A stretch of 63,974 nucleotides of DNA, counting the filler, from Porpidia crustulata (Eukaryota): NCBI GenBank assembly GCA_964255105.1. It is 7 parts of 7 records of this genome, joined end to end, with 100 filler letters (N's around TTAATTAATTAA, not from the genome) between each part and the next. Parts side by side here need not be neighbours in the genome. Positions count along the whole stretch, not along the records: positions 9,175 to 18,243 come from CAXUWE010001001.1; positions 18,344 to 27,409 come from CAXUWE010001002.1; 5 more parts are not named here. One strand, written 5' to 3'. Of this stretch, positions 11,686 to 26,292 are shown in pieces (the stretch's first letter is position 1; the number at the start of each line of letters is the position of its first letter). The translations under genes and the position numbers were made by a program. Under the pieces are notes generated by a model. It searched no databases. It was not told the origin of the DNA and saw nothing but the letters and a program-made list of their open reading frames with translations.

Positions 11686-14600
11686 TTAATTCGGGTGGGA
11701 GTCTTCCGAAAATTGACCAGGATCTCCGACTTCTCTCAGGGTAAGCCATTCTGACTCTGACATCCGCGCTTTCTGCTGGGCATGCCATGACTTCATCCCA
11801 TGCAAGGCCTCGAATTGAGGTTTGCTGAGCGCCAAGTCTACCGGAGAGATGCCTAGATCGTTCATCACCAGAGGATCAGCGCCAGCGGCTAGCAGCAATA
11901 CCATAGTCCGGCATGGGTAGGAATCGACAATGACCGTCCGAGTGAAGTCTCCTACTCCAGCGTCCCCAGCGCTGATAGCGTAATCTGCTCGAGCACTTTC
12001 AATAGCTGCATGTAGAGGGGTGTCTCCATCTTCCTGCCGTGCTTCGACAGACGCGCCTGCTTCCAGCAAAAGCTTGGCATTTGAGTCAGAATTGCTGCGA
12101 GCAGCGAAATGTAATGGAGTACATCCATTGTTTGCGCGTGCCTCTAAAGCGTACTGTAAGCTCCCATCATCTTTATGTTTGTCTAGGAGACACTTTGATA
12201 ACGTATTAGCTTGTAAATCTGCGGCATAGTGCAACGCCAAACTACCACGCTTGTTGCGTGCCTTAATATTCACTCCTCTTTCAAGGAGGAATAGGGTTGC
12301 CTCCACATTCACGCTCTCAATGGCCATATGTAGGCAACTGTCACCACCTGTGCCCTTAGCGTTGACATCAGCCCCGTGGTCCAGCAAAAGCCTCATCATA
12401 GGAGAATACCCCCCAATCAATATAGCATGCATCAAAGGTGTCCCGTCACGCAAACCCGCCCGCGCTTCGACCGGTGCGCCTGCCTCCAAGAGTAGGCGGG
12501 TATTCTCTAGCGAGTGAATTCCCACACTGCAATGGAGGCTGCTTTCACCGTTCTCATCCGTCGAGGATGGATCTGCCCCTGCTTCCAATAATAGTTTTAC
12601 AATACTCGGGTTCTCAAGCCGAGCTGCCAGACACAATGGAGGGTCGCCTGGAAGATTTTAGCTTCAGTATGCTGCAATCATTACGACTAGGGTAGCGGAA
12701 ATCCCACCTCTCTCTTCATTTGCCACAACCTCCACATCAGCGCTATTCCGTAAAACAGCCCTGACAACTTCCTCTCTCCCACTCAGTATAGCTGCGCAAA
12801 GTAGGGTCCTGCCCCAAGTATCACGCTTCTTTGAGATTTGATCAATTGGCTGTTTTCCAAGTAATTCTCTGACTGTCTCTTCAAGACCCAACCTCGACGC
12901 AGTCGATATGGCGTGAAAGCCATCTGTACTAAAATCTTCATGGCGGCTATAGCAAAATCGTCAGAATTAGTTTCCAATAATTCTGGCTATATTGAGCTGA
13001 AGGGATAACATGACCCACACTAAATCACCCTGAAGGTAGTGTTCCACTTGTATCGCTGATACAAGCTTATTATGTTCGGTCAAAAAGTTCATCATATATC
13101 TTCGCTGTGCCTGCTCCGAGGTTGCCCGTACATGGTAACCCCAGTACAGTGCAGCATATTCAAGAAACGGGTATTCGTTGACACGGTTATGCAACGACTC
13201 AAAATGAGAACAGGGAACATCGAACACATCGAGGCAGAGGTACGTGATGCATATGGCAGCAAGTTTGTTCTCGATGCTTCCAAAAAGATCATCACGGCGT
13301 CTTTCGAAATACTCCTGAGTTGTGTAGTGAACGAGACGCACAATTTGGCTGTCCTGGTCGATTACGACCAAGCCGGCGCAGACCGAAGTCAAGTCATTTG
13401 CGTCCAAGAAGTTGTCTTCATCCATTTCCTCATCTCCAGGCTCTATTGATAAAGCGTGCTGAAGCTCTAGAACGGTCAATGGTCGGACAGCCCAGACGAT
13501 CCAGGAGAGGATCTGGTCTGCGAGATTTCGGAAGCCTTCTTCTTGACCTTGAATTCGTCTCATCGCTTCGTCATAGCTAAACGTACGACGAAGTCAGCCA
13601 ATGATGACCACAAGCAGCTATAGCCAACTTACGCAAAGTTCGACGCTGTTGAGCCGGATCCCTTTGGTAGTTCTCCCAACGCTTCTTTAATGTCTCGAGG
13701 TCTCAGTTTATCAGCAAGAGACTTCACCTGTATGAGAATGAGTATTTTCTGAAACGCTATGTATCAAGGTAGCAACGACGCACATAAAGTTGAGCCAATA
13801 AGAACATTCCATCCACAGCCGTGACGATGGATTCGATGACCAGCGCTTTTAGTTCCGACTTTCGCCTCACGCAGGGAGCAAGTAAGCCGACCTCCTCATC
13901 AAGATAGATGCGCAAATCCGCTTCTTGCGCTCGGATCTCCACCTGGGTCGCCATTACGAATGTGTCAGTAATTGATGGAAGCTTTCGAGACGTCACCATT
14001 AAATTTGCATGTTTTTGTAAGTTCAGTAAAACAGCTGTTACGACTGCGCGTGCTGCATCCCTATCAGAATATTCATCCAGTGCGTCTACTATAATAAATG
14101 CCCTCGAACAAGTTTTGAGCTGATCCTGAAGTACAGAGGAAAGATCCTTCAGGTCAGGTCGGAGGCCAATTTTTTGAAACTGATCATAGTATTCCCTAAG
14201 GTCCTTTGGTATTATACTCATATACCTGATTAGTTGTGCCAAAAGACTGGCAACAATGTTCACCGGAGTTTGGACCACGCGTTCTTTATAGTTACAATAT
14301 ATATAGAGCACGGCGGTATCTTGTTGGGGGTCTGCCTTCTCTCCCTGCGGCGGTATTTGGTTGAAGGACTCAAATAGATGATCCACGACTGTAGACCTGC
14401 AGAGGCCCGACATCAGCTTCCATTCACGTGATTTGATAAAGGCATTACGTACGCGATGACAGTTTTGCCAGCGCCAGCTTCATATCACGGTTAGGATCTT
14501 TCAAGCAACTTCTTACAAGAGGCACGCACGGATTCCGACGCAGCATAATGCTGAGTTTTTCGCTCCAACCCAGTCCTTGAACTCGTCTGATTCGAGGAAC

Positions 14601-15337
14601 CACTGGCCTGTTGCCTTTGCCCGAGAAGTGCGAATCTCATTATGCCTATCTACGGGCTGCAATGGCGAAAGCCAAGCTGAAATCGCTCGGATATCTTCGC
14701 CCATTGCTCTACCTCCAGTCACTACTCTGCATTAGCCTTTTCTTCGATACTGCTGTTTACAGCTATCGTAAAAAATACTCACGTTGGATAAGGCCAGTGA
14801 TTCGTCTCCTGAGTGGATTTATTCCCGCTGTATCGTCTTTGATAGCTCTCGATAGATTCCTGTCATCATGAGCTTGCATTCCCTCGTCTTCAATGATATG
14901 ATACAGTACATCATATCGTCTTGTAAAGCCAACTGTATTAGCGACTTGAATCTTTCTATCTGGGAAAAATATTCTTTGACTTCGTCCTTGTCAAAAGACC
15001 ATACAAGTCTTTTACCGACAGCCTTCATTCCGGTAGCGGGCCTCAATTTGGATTGTAGCTTCAACATTATTCCTTGAAATTGCTCAAGAGGCCCATCGGG
15101 TTCTCCAAGCTTTTTAATGTTGTTGATCCAGTTTTGCTCAGAATCGTCGCCGGCCTTTTCCACACGATTACGAAGGCCGGTGAGTAACGGGACAAGATTG
15201 GCCGCCTCCATTGCGAGCTCGGCTCGCTCTTTGGTGGCATGCTTGACCTCGTTGAGATAGATGTACGCTTTTGTTGTTGCATCTATTAGCTGTACAATGG
15301 AAGCAGCAAGACCAGCAGCAGTGATGGGGTCAGCCAT
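11686..15337 (-). CDS. Fungal NLR-like STAND protein: SesA/HeLo-like N-terminal domain, NACHT NTPase and ankyrin repeats
   Basis: MADPITAAGLAASIVQL..LVWSFDKDEV N-domain; spliced Walker A GIPGAGKTVIAS; LYIYCNYK; Walker B FIIVDALDE; GMFLLAQL; winged helix RPLTVLELQHAL..VRLVHYTTQEYF; about 8-9 ankyrin repeats (TPLHFAA etc.). The junctions checked are canonical introns. Confidence 0.88.
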
Positions 15338-15937
15338 TGTAGGACTATTTTCACAGCTCAATTCAAGTGCAACAGGGATCTCATTGATGCAGTGGTAACA
15401 AAAAAAACATGCTTAACAGAGAGAGCCAATTTCATCCGATTAAGCAAGCAAAGAACGACTAAGGGGACTGGATGTCATGACTCTTCGTCAAACATTCTGC
15501 AAATAATAACATGGTCCGACAAGAGATACATATATGTGCGAGTGGAGGTATCGCAGAATACTTGTGACGAAGTCGATGAAGTCTCCAATCTCAAGGAATC
15601 GCCGTGATCTTGAATTACTACGAGAGTGTTCAGACATCGTTCTGAATGGCATTAAAGTAGAAGCGTTGGAGGCTGTGCCACTCTATTTCAAGGTGATTGA
15701 GCTAGTCCTTTTCCAGTCTAGTCAAGTGTACCTGAAGCCCCGCGTGCCCTGGCGTGCCTGGTCTCAAGCTTCCAGAGGGGACGGCTTTTACGTTAGGCAG
15801 GGTGGCAAGTAAACGCTATGAAGTGTATGAAGCCAGCGGTTCGCAAGCCCGCGATCGCTTGACAAATTACTTCATTGTCCCACCCTCTCTTTGTGGGCAA
15901 TTAGAATCAAGACAATCTCAGCTATACAAAGCTGAAG

Positions 15938-17652
15938 ATGTCGGACGAAGCCCCCAAAATTGATCTGGATGGCCTTTTTGGGTTGTTGCGCCATGATACA
16001 AAGGTCAAGGTCGCTGGAGTAGACGTGGATGGGATGCTACGTGGGAAGCTTATATCAAAGAAAAAGTTCCTTTCTATCGCGAGCGATGGCTTTGGCTTCT
16101 GCTCCGTCATCTTTGGATGGGACATGCATGATCAGACATACTTTAAGGAATTAAAGATTAGCAATAAAGAGAATGGATATAGAGATATCATTGCAGTACC
16201 GGACTTAAGCAGCTTCAGGAGAATTCCATGGGAGGATGATGTTCCGTTCTTCCTCGTCAGTTTTCTGGACCCAGAGACAAAAGAACCCGTCAGCGCGTGT
16301 CCACGGGGACTGCTCAAAACCACCGTCGACAAGCTGGAGAAGCGAGGCTTCGGAGCAATGGCTGGAGGTGAGTTTGCGGGGATCATGCGCACAGGACTTG
16401 TGCAATTCTTGTTCGATTGGTTTGACCGTGATTACTGACACTTGAGAGACTTCTAGCTGAATATGAGTTCTTCCAATTCCGAGCGCCAACTAACTCCGAT
16501 GTACCACATTCGGAACGAAACTCCTCGTCCACTGCAAGATTTCTGCAAGAGAATCCCGTCAATTCGCTTCCTCCTCTCACGGAAGGCATGTTTGGTTATA
16601 GTCTTACAAGACCGGTTCACAACCAGGATTACTACTACGGTATTTTCGACGCTTGCGAGAAATTCAGGTGCGAGATCGAAGGTTGGCACACTGAAAGTGG
16701 ACCTGGAGTTTTCGAGGCGGTATGGCAATTCAACTTGCTGCTGTCTTGATATGAAAGTCAAACTTACAATTATGGCAGGCTTTGGCGTTTGGGCAGATCC
16801 AGGATATGGCTGACAGAGCCGGGTTGTTCAAGTCGGTAAACATGTCTGAGTTTTACCATGCGCCCGATACTGACAAATACAGATACGTTGTGAAATCGTT
16901 AGGTAGCAAATTCGGCATAACACCGTGCTTCATGGCGAAACCTCGAGAAGGCTTACCTGGCAATTCTGGACACATGCATGTCTCGATAGTCGATGAAGCT
17001 GGCAAGAACCTGTTTTACCGTGGCTCGGAAGATCCAGATCCCCCATATCCAGACCTTGCATATCTATCCGACATGGGACGTCACTTCCTAGCCGGTCTAC
17101 TGGACGGACTGGCCGATGTCATGCCCATAGTTGCTCCGACCGTAAACTCCTACAAGAGACTTGTCGAGAACTTCTGGGCACCTGTGACGGTATCTTGGGG
17201 ACTGGAGCATCGAGCAGCATCAATTAGGTTGATTGCCCCACCTACAGCAAGTCCCAAGGCGACGAGATTCGAGGTCAGAGTTGCGGGAGCAGATGCCAAT
17301 CCATTCCTTGTGCTAGCAGCAATCCTAGCCCTTGGCTGGCGAGGAGTTGAGAAGAAGATGGAGATCAAAGTGCCACCACTAGGAAAAGGAGAAGACGTGG
17401 GAGGTGCATCCGATAAAGGCCTGAGATTGGCCAAATCTTTAAAGGAGGCAAATGCACAGTTTACGAGGAAGGAAAGCGTGGCACGAGAGATTTTTGGCGA
17501 CGAGTTTGTGGATCATTTCGGTGGCACCAGGGAGCATGAGGTGAAATTATGGGAAGAAGCCGTTACTGACTGGTCCGTCTCTACCGATCCTTTGTATAAG
17601 CTTCTGCTAATGGTTATCTAGGGAGGTCAAACGATACATCGAGACTGTCTGA
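15938..17652 (+). CDS. Glutamine synthetase-like protein (GSI-like/gamma-glutamyl-amine ligase type)
   Basis: GVDVDGMLRGK, AEYEF after an intron, EGWHTESGPGVFE, FMAKPREGLPGNSGHMHVS, NSYKRLV, RFEVRVAGADANP. Last exon W|EVKRYIETV* ends at 17652. Confidence 0.9.
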
Positions 17653-18243
17653 ACATTTAGAGGACTGATCCTAATGATCGGATGGGCGGCACTCGTGTTC
17701 TTGTCATCAATTTCGGCTATACCCACTTGCTATCTGTGGCTTCTTTCCTATTGAATGACTTGATTATGACTGTACTACGAGCTCTCGATATCCAATGTAT
17801 GACATGATCTTTGTCGGACATTGGCCGTCTAAATCCGAGCATGACGACGATATATGCCGATTACCGCTCTTCAGTGTGCCCCTCATCGACCCCTCCATAA
17901 GGAAGGATGCCATCATTTGTCATTGTTTGTCAATAACCACCACGATACATATACTCCCAGCCGGCAGGCCTTCCATCTCTTTCGATCAGTGACAATTCCG
18001 TTGAAACTCTCAATCCATTCAATCTTCTGAACCAAACCAATCCCATCACCATGTCTACCTTACAGAGCGAAGTACTCAACCCACTGCCCTTCCATGACCT
18101 CCTTCTCATCCTCTTCCCTAACATCTTCAGGCTTGCTGCAGCGTCCCCCCCGTCGTAGCAAAAGGCTATCAAGAAAAGCGCAAATACACTGAATACAATG
18201 GCATGAAAACATGTATCATCTCCCTTCCCCCCCCTAAAAAGCC

Positions 18244-18343
18244 NNNNNNNNNNNNNNNNNNNNNNNNNNNNNNNNNNNNNNNNNNNNTTAATTAATTAAN
18301 NNNNNNNNNNNNNNNNNNNNNNNNNNNNNNNNNNNNNNNNNNN
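18244..18343. other. Artificial contig-joining spacer
   Basis: N44-TTAATTAATTAA-N44. Confidence 0.98.
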
Positions 18344-18349
18344 CCTTTT

Positions 18350-19568
18350 TTACTTCTTCAACGGCAAATTAGCCGGAATCTTCTTCCTCATCTGCACGCT
18401 CGCAGCGTACAGCGCGTCCTTGAACGCGAATAGGAACGCGGCCGTGATGACGGATTGGGTTACTTTGGGGGCGATGCCTAGAATGGGTTTCCCATCGATC
18501 GTTAGTATTGCTCGGAGTCTTATCGTTTTGGGGATATTCAAGAGGAGGGAAAAGGGAAAGGGAAAGGGAAAGAGACAAAATAAGGAAGAGTTTTACCTTT
18601 GTACAGGCCCTGCCAGCCCTCCTCCCTGACGATCCGCCTCAGACTCTCGATCATGTTATCTTTGGGGCTGTCGCTGGTGGCGACGTGCATCCGGCTTTTG
18701 ACCGTGATGTAGGGGTATGTTATACTCGTGGCTGCTAGCTTTCCTAGCGCTCCCAGCAAGAAAATATCTCGAGGTAGAACCCTCCGTCGCTTTTCCAGAG
18801 CGTTCTTTAATTGCTCGAAAATCGTGTACTGCAATATTGGGTTGATCACCAACACAAGGGCTGGTAGTACGCCCGCGAACAATGCTACTGCCCCTTCTTC
18901 TCTTAATAACTTTATTACCGTGGCAAGTGTTGAAGGTTTCTTTGCGGGTGCGCTGCCGGGGAGGAGGTTTTCGTTAGATTGCGAAGCACGGGCTGTCATG
19001 CGCGTATTGACGACCCAAATGGGATTGGTGAGGAGGACTGTGGCGGAGCCAGCTAGGGCGCCGGCGAGCATCGACTCGACAGTCGTGAGTTTGGAGGAGG
19101 CGCGGTTGGTGCGTTGAGCGGCACGTTCGAAGGCGGCACGCGTCCATTCGTACCCTGACCTCCTATTAGCATTCATTGTTCTTCGAAGCTGTAGTTTGGT
19201 AGAAGTTCAGGGGAGCTGTACAATAATAGTAAACGAAGTTTGTGACGCTGATGCCGAAGAGGGCGGAGTCTAAACCTGAGTAGAGGCCTGTGATCCCCTC
19301 GCGTTGGACAATACGGCGGACTGCGTCATAGGTGGATGATTGGGCGCGCTTGGATTCGACTTGAGCGCGGGTGGAGAGGGTGATTAGCGGATAGCTGGAT
19401 GGAAGGTTAGTATGGCATTGAGGGATGTGAATTGGAGAGTACTGACGTTAATGTCATGGATAGCAAGCCACCGCCTGCACCAGCAAGAGCATGGGCAATG
19501 TTATCACCCTGTTGGGCGGTGGAAATGACGGGGGCTGTCTGAGACGTGGTGCTGGACGATTGAGACAT
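18350..19568 (-). CDS. Peroxisomal adenine-nucleotide/cofactor carrier (PMP47/PMP34-like, SLC25 family)
   Basis: GDNIAHALAGAGGGLLSMTLT|YPLITLSTRAQV; three Px[DE]xx[KR]-like carrier repeats (NPIWVVNTRM, YPYITVKSRM); three introns. A 10-N gap lies just upstream of the ATG (19575-19584). Confidence 0.88.
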
Positions 19569-19791
19569 TGTTGGNNNNNNNNNNGGAGGGCGGGGAGGGG
19601 GTTTATACGGTTGCGCTGCTGTGATGCTCGGGGGTTGTTTTTTACGACGGTCAGGTCTTAAGAGCGTTGAATCAAAGAGACCGCTGTGAACCTTGGGCAG
19701 ATAAAGGTTCTATTCAAGTGTCGACGATAATCCAGAGACATTGGCTGCTGTCATGTGTTTATAGCAGATATAACGTCGAAGTGGGGACAAA

Positions 19792-19797
19792 CCGAGG
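19792..19797. promoter_or_regulatory. Candidate FarA/FarB (CTF1) site CCGAGG upstream of the peroxisomal carrier
   Basis: Exact CCGAGG about 225 bp upstream of the ATG. Confidence 0.5.
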
Positions 19798-20120
19798 CAC
19801 TTGGAAAGACCCTTGTCGGCTCACAAGCCTCGTCTTGGATCGCGCTCGGTGGAGGTAAAACATGTGAGCTGACAGCAATTGGAAGTACTATTTAATGCTT
19901 AGGAATGAATGTGTGCTACTTGGTAATGATTAGGCTCTAGGGGATCTGAACAGCCCAATGCTGTCTATGGAAAGAAATGCCTAGAGTAGATCATACATAC
20001 CCCTTAAGACTATGATAGTGTAATTCTTGGTGTAGAATATAACAAAACAGGAACATTTCATGCTCTTTCCCTTCCTCGCTCAGCCCACCATCTACTCGTA
20101 ACAAGGTTACAATGGATATC

Positions 20121-22453
20121 TCACAGCCTCGCCTTACCCCCTTTTCTTTCTTCCTCGAATGCTTCCGCATACAGCTCATCAAGCTCCTTTCGGTACTTCT
20201 TCGCGGTTTGTGGGCGCTTCAATTTGAGACTAGAAGAAATATACTTAGTATCAAGAGGAAGAAACGAGAAATCAATGGACTCACGTTGGCGTTAATAGTT
20301 CGTTGTCGATGGTGAACGGTTCGAGGAAAAGATAGCAAGCCCTGACCCGCTCGTATCCAGCAAAGTTGTTCTTCCTCCCTACTCTGTCCAACTCTTTAAC
20401 AACCGCCTTCCTGACCTTGAGATCCCGACAAGCTGCTGCGATCGCTTGCAAATCGGTCGCACCAATCGGCTTGCCGAGAACCTTGCTTGCGAATGGCGCG
20501 AAAATATCTGGCATCACACCAAAGATGGCGATGACAAATGTTTGGACAGAGTCGCCATGCACATAAGCCTGAGATAGGAAACTTAGATGCGACAGATAGA
20601 CGTTCTCAATGCGCTCAGGTGAAATATATTCACCCTGCGCTAACTTCAAGACGTTCTTTCGTCTGTCGATGATCTGAAATCTACCTCGCGCATCCACGGT
20701 ACAGATGTCTCCAGTACGGAACCATCCGTCACTCGTCATGGCCTTCTGCGTTTCCTCTTCGTCGTTATAATAGCCAGAAAATAGCGAGTTACCTCTGATC
20801 ATCAGTTCGCCCCTTGGCTGAGGTGTATCCGTTGCCAAGTAATCCATATCATGCACGCTGGCCAGACAGACTTCAATTGCAGGTGCAACAGCGCCGCAAT
20901 TCCCCACGGAATGATCACCTACGATCTGAGCCAAAGTAATTGCGTAGGTTTCCGTTAGGCCATATCCTTGGAGGAAGTGATTACCATGGACAACACGAAG
21001 GAATTGGTGTAGTGTAGGATCTAGGGGTGCTGAGCCAGAAACCATGGCTTCAGCACGCTCAAGACCTAGCGCAGCTGTGACTTTCCGCCCCCAGATGCGG
21101 TCGTAGAGACCATGCTTGTTGGTAGCCGCTGGGTGGTCCGGTGATTCCATGGACTTGAGCTTTGTCGACACAATGTGCCTAGATAATGCACCTTTCACAC
21201 CCGGCTGGGCAACAGTGGCCTCACGGATTGCACCACCGAAGCGATTGAATAAACGAGGAACAGAACTGAAGACTGTGGGTTTCAGAAGCTTGAGGTCGTC
21301 CACTAGAGCAAGAATGTCACCATGGAAGTAACCAATCGCAGCACCGGCCCAGAGTGCGCCATGTTCGCTCATTCGTTCGTAGATGTGAGCAAGGGGAAGA
21401 TAGGAGGGGAAGACACCTGAAGGCCTTTGTGGTACGGAAATCAGGGCGCAACTCGACGCTGCTATCGCTGCTGAATGCTTCAAGACCACACCCTTGGGCG
21501 GACCAGTGGTCCCAGACGTGTAATTGATGGTGACAATGTCGGATGGGGATGGCGGGTGGAATATAGGGGTGCCAAAAGAAGCTCCGAGAGCTTCCACTTG
21601 GTGTATGTCATAGATCTGGACGCCGAGCTCGGATGCCATATTATTGAGAATGGCAAGTTTGGATTCTCCAACCTTTTCGCCACAGTCCAGACGATCCAGT
21701 GAGATTATGACCTTCAAGGAGGGTGTTCTAGGTTTGAGCTTGAGAAGTGTGGGAATATGTGGTAAAGATGTAGCGATACATGGCAGCATAGCATGATTGA
21801 TGATGTACTCAGTTGCCGCCGGCCCCAGCGTATCGTATAGGGAAACGCTGTATAAAGATTGTGACATGCATGCCAGATCTGATACTTATTTAGCAATGTG
21901 CCTGGTCGTACGTGGAAGAGAAGAGATCATACCAGTCAGCTGCCATTCGGGCCTATTTGGACACCAAAGGCCTACTCCGAATTTCTGCTCGGTATTTCCA
22001 GCCAATTTATTCACCTCGACGATACCCACACCGAAATACGCTCGTCGTTTCTGTACCGTTCCATAGTCCATCCATTGGTATGGTCCAAATGTCTTCGTTG
22101 ATGGATCATACGGTCTGTGTCCGAGACATCGACGTGTAGGTTGTCGAGAAGCTGTAACCTACGTCAGCATGATCCATCGTATCGGAGTGCATCTTGAAGT
22201 ACCCGTTCCCTCAAACATTTGATGTGCTGTAACTACCTGAAGATGGAGTCAGCGATGGACGGTTTCAAGATACATCTCCGCCATTGCGATCACCTACATT
22301 TGCGTCCAAGGTCTTCATAAGGTCTACCTGAAATCTCCAATGTCTGTATACTTGGGTCCGCCCCTCCAGCTCGGAACCTGGCAATGGTACTGAATACGGT
22401 GATCCCACTGGAGGGGGGGCGTAAAACTCCTTTGCACGTTCAAGATAGGCCAT
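20121..22453 (-). CDS. Long-chain fatty-acyl-CoA synthetase with PTS1 (-ARL), probably peroxisomal
   Basis: INYTSGTTGPPKGV, SYLPLAHIYER, QGYGLTET, GWFRTGDI, IDRRKNVLKLAQGEY. Spliced last exon LKLKRPQ...RKGGKARL* (TGA 20123-20121). Confidence 0.92.
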
Positions 22454-22723
22454 GGCTACCCGATACCCTTGGTTATTGAAGGAGATTTAGGAATCCAGGA
22501 GAAAAGAGGTATGCGCTTCACTATAGGGCAAACGGTGTGAGCGCTGTGGGGCAGAAGGTTGTAGAAGCAATGAAGTTTACGGGCAACCTCTCAGATACCG
22601 GATTAAAAGTAAAAGACCAGAAGTGAACCTTGGAATTTGCTAGATGTTGAGCGACTTCAAGCCGTGAAAGAAGGAAATCAGTACCAGAAGCCTTGATGAA
22701 GCTGTCGTCAAGGTCAATTGTTG

Positions 22724-22729
22724 CCTCGG
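22724..22729. promoter_or_regulatory. Candidate FarA/FarB site CCTCGG upstream of the acyl-CoA synthetase
   Basis: Exact CCTCGG about 270 bp upstream of the ATG. Confidence 0.5.
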
Positions 22730-23195
22730 CTCAACTCATGCCCGCCAGATTCGGACTTTACAGCTGCACGCGAGTCATGTACACGCGTATATTGTGTATC
22801 AAAAATTCAATACCATTTGGTTATTTCAGTTAAACCATAGCTGAAAAGGCTCAATTTGATGTTTTCTAATCATGATTGTCAGGTGTCAATCGACCTACCA
22901 ATCTTACAGAGTTGCGGATAAGTCGAAGGTCATGCATGGCTTTCAGCTGAAAAGTGCTGTGACAGGCATGTGAAAGAGGAGCTAGGCGCATCTGCGGACT
23001 TAACTTTCATTCCATATCAAGTTCAATACAGTTTGGCATACGCTTAAGACTGATTAAGGCTTACCTTTCAATCCGACTGCTCCATTAATTATGTCGGCCG
23101 ACTTTGAATGAACTAAAGCTATGTTCATGTTTCTGGATGGCATGCCATGATAATCCTAATACACAAATCTCCCAAGCTTTTCTGCAGTAATCTAT

Positions 23196-24912
<1,717 letters not shown>

Positions 24913-25062
24913 TTGGTGATTCGGGATTTTGATCTTGCCGCTCAGTTGCAAATAGTCATTCAAAGATTTTGACCTGTTCGAATTGTCTGTTAAAATGCAC
25001 AAATGTATATATATGAAGCCCGGCGATCTTTTTCGATACGATCCCCGCAATTTCTAGTGGGG

Positions 25063-25072
25063 ATGGTGTCAT
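25063..25072. promoter_or_regulatory. CYS-3/MetR bZIP binding site ATGGTGTCAT
   Basis: Perfect match to ATGRYRYCAT, 150 bp upstream of the cysD ATG and just beyond a TATATATA box (~25006-25014). Confidence 0.7.
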
Positions 25073-26292
25073 CTTAGAGAACGGGTGTAGCCGAGACCTC
25101 ACTCCTTTCGATCTGCAGTCATAAGACAAGACACCGCACGATGATACGAACGAACGGAATGTCTGACCGCAAGGCGTTCATTCATGTCTTGCAGCAACAG
25201 GCCATAAAGGGTGCGATAGTCGTGTAATTGCAAGCCAACAGAGATTATTCCACAAAGTAAAGTGTGCAATACCAGGAGTCGAAAAAGGCGTTGTGCAAGG
25301 GCTATCTGCTTCGAAAAGTTGCGAAGCGCTGCTCCACTTTCGACCACGTCTGTTACAAGATATGGCACAATGACGATGGTGGAAGGAGAAGAACACAGGA
25401 AGGTGAATAGAGATACAGAGGTTCACGGGAAAACGCGTTATCTCGGCAACTGTCTTCACGCGACTGCGGTACGAGATCTATTTGATCTTGATCTTGTCTC
25501 GCATAGCATCTCAGAAGCAAACGCCTTTGTCGCAGGTCTACAGATAGATTGTTTGTAGCCCCTAGGTGCCTTAGAACGAAGCACTGTTAAAACGTGGGTC
25601 GTATGAGTAGAGAGCAAATATTTGTATGATGGACGTTTTAGACGCTGAGCAGTTATGTCGAATTGTCGTTTGACCATCTCCCAAATCTCCGCCCGATCGT
25701 CAATGTGCGTCATAGGGCGTCGTTGAATTAATCAATTCACTTGAATTCTTGAGAACGATTGGACAGTTTGCGTAGCGAATTTCAATGTGTGGCTATGACA
25801 GGGATCTGAGTGGCTTTAAATGCACGATTAGTAATTGACATGACGCGAAAACGGCGGAGCTGTCTGCGTGTGTAGGCGTATCCTTGCAAATGTGAAATGG
25901 TCGGCCACAGTCTGTCATAGTCACAACAAACACTCAAAACTTGATTGATTGAGGCAAAATTACTAAGTCGTGAATATTAACCACTAGAGTGAAGTCATGA
26001 TCGCTGGCAAGGAACTTGCCGCGTCTGTCGTGGACCACATGACGTTTCATTTTAGATCAATGAAAAAGTGTGTCAATCTGGCGATCTTGTCTTATAACCA
26101 AGCTTGCTTGCTTCCTTTCCGTGCAGTTTCTTTGATTGCCACACAACTAAACTAGACATCTCTCAGAACAAAGAACTCATTTCCATCAAGTCGTCTTCCA
26201 GCATCCTCACTTTCAATATCAAGCAAGAAACTATTCTTCTCGACACTCACCTCCGCAATACTCTTCTCTCATAACTTTCTTACTCCGCAACC

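Noticed and set aside
12600..13060. Apparent frameshifts in the NLR ankyrin region
   Set aside because: Resolved by two plausible GT-AG introns with branch points, which restore the frame.
18540..18575. (AAAGGG)n tract resembling a telomeric repeat
   Set aside because: Only about 4 units, inside an intron, and not TTAGGG. It is simple low-complexity sequence.
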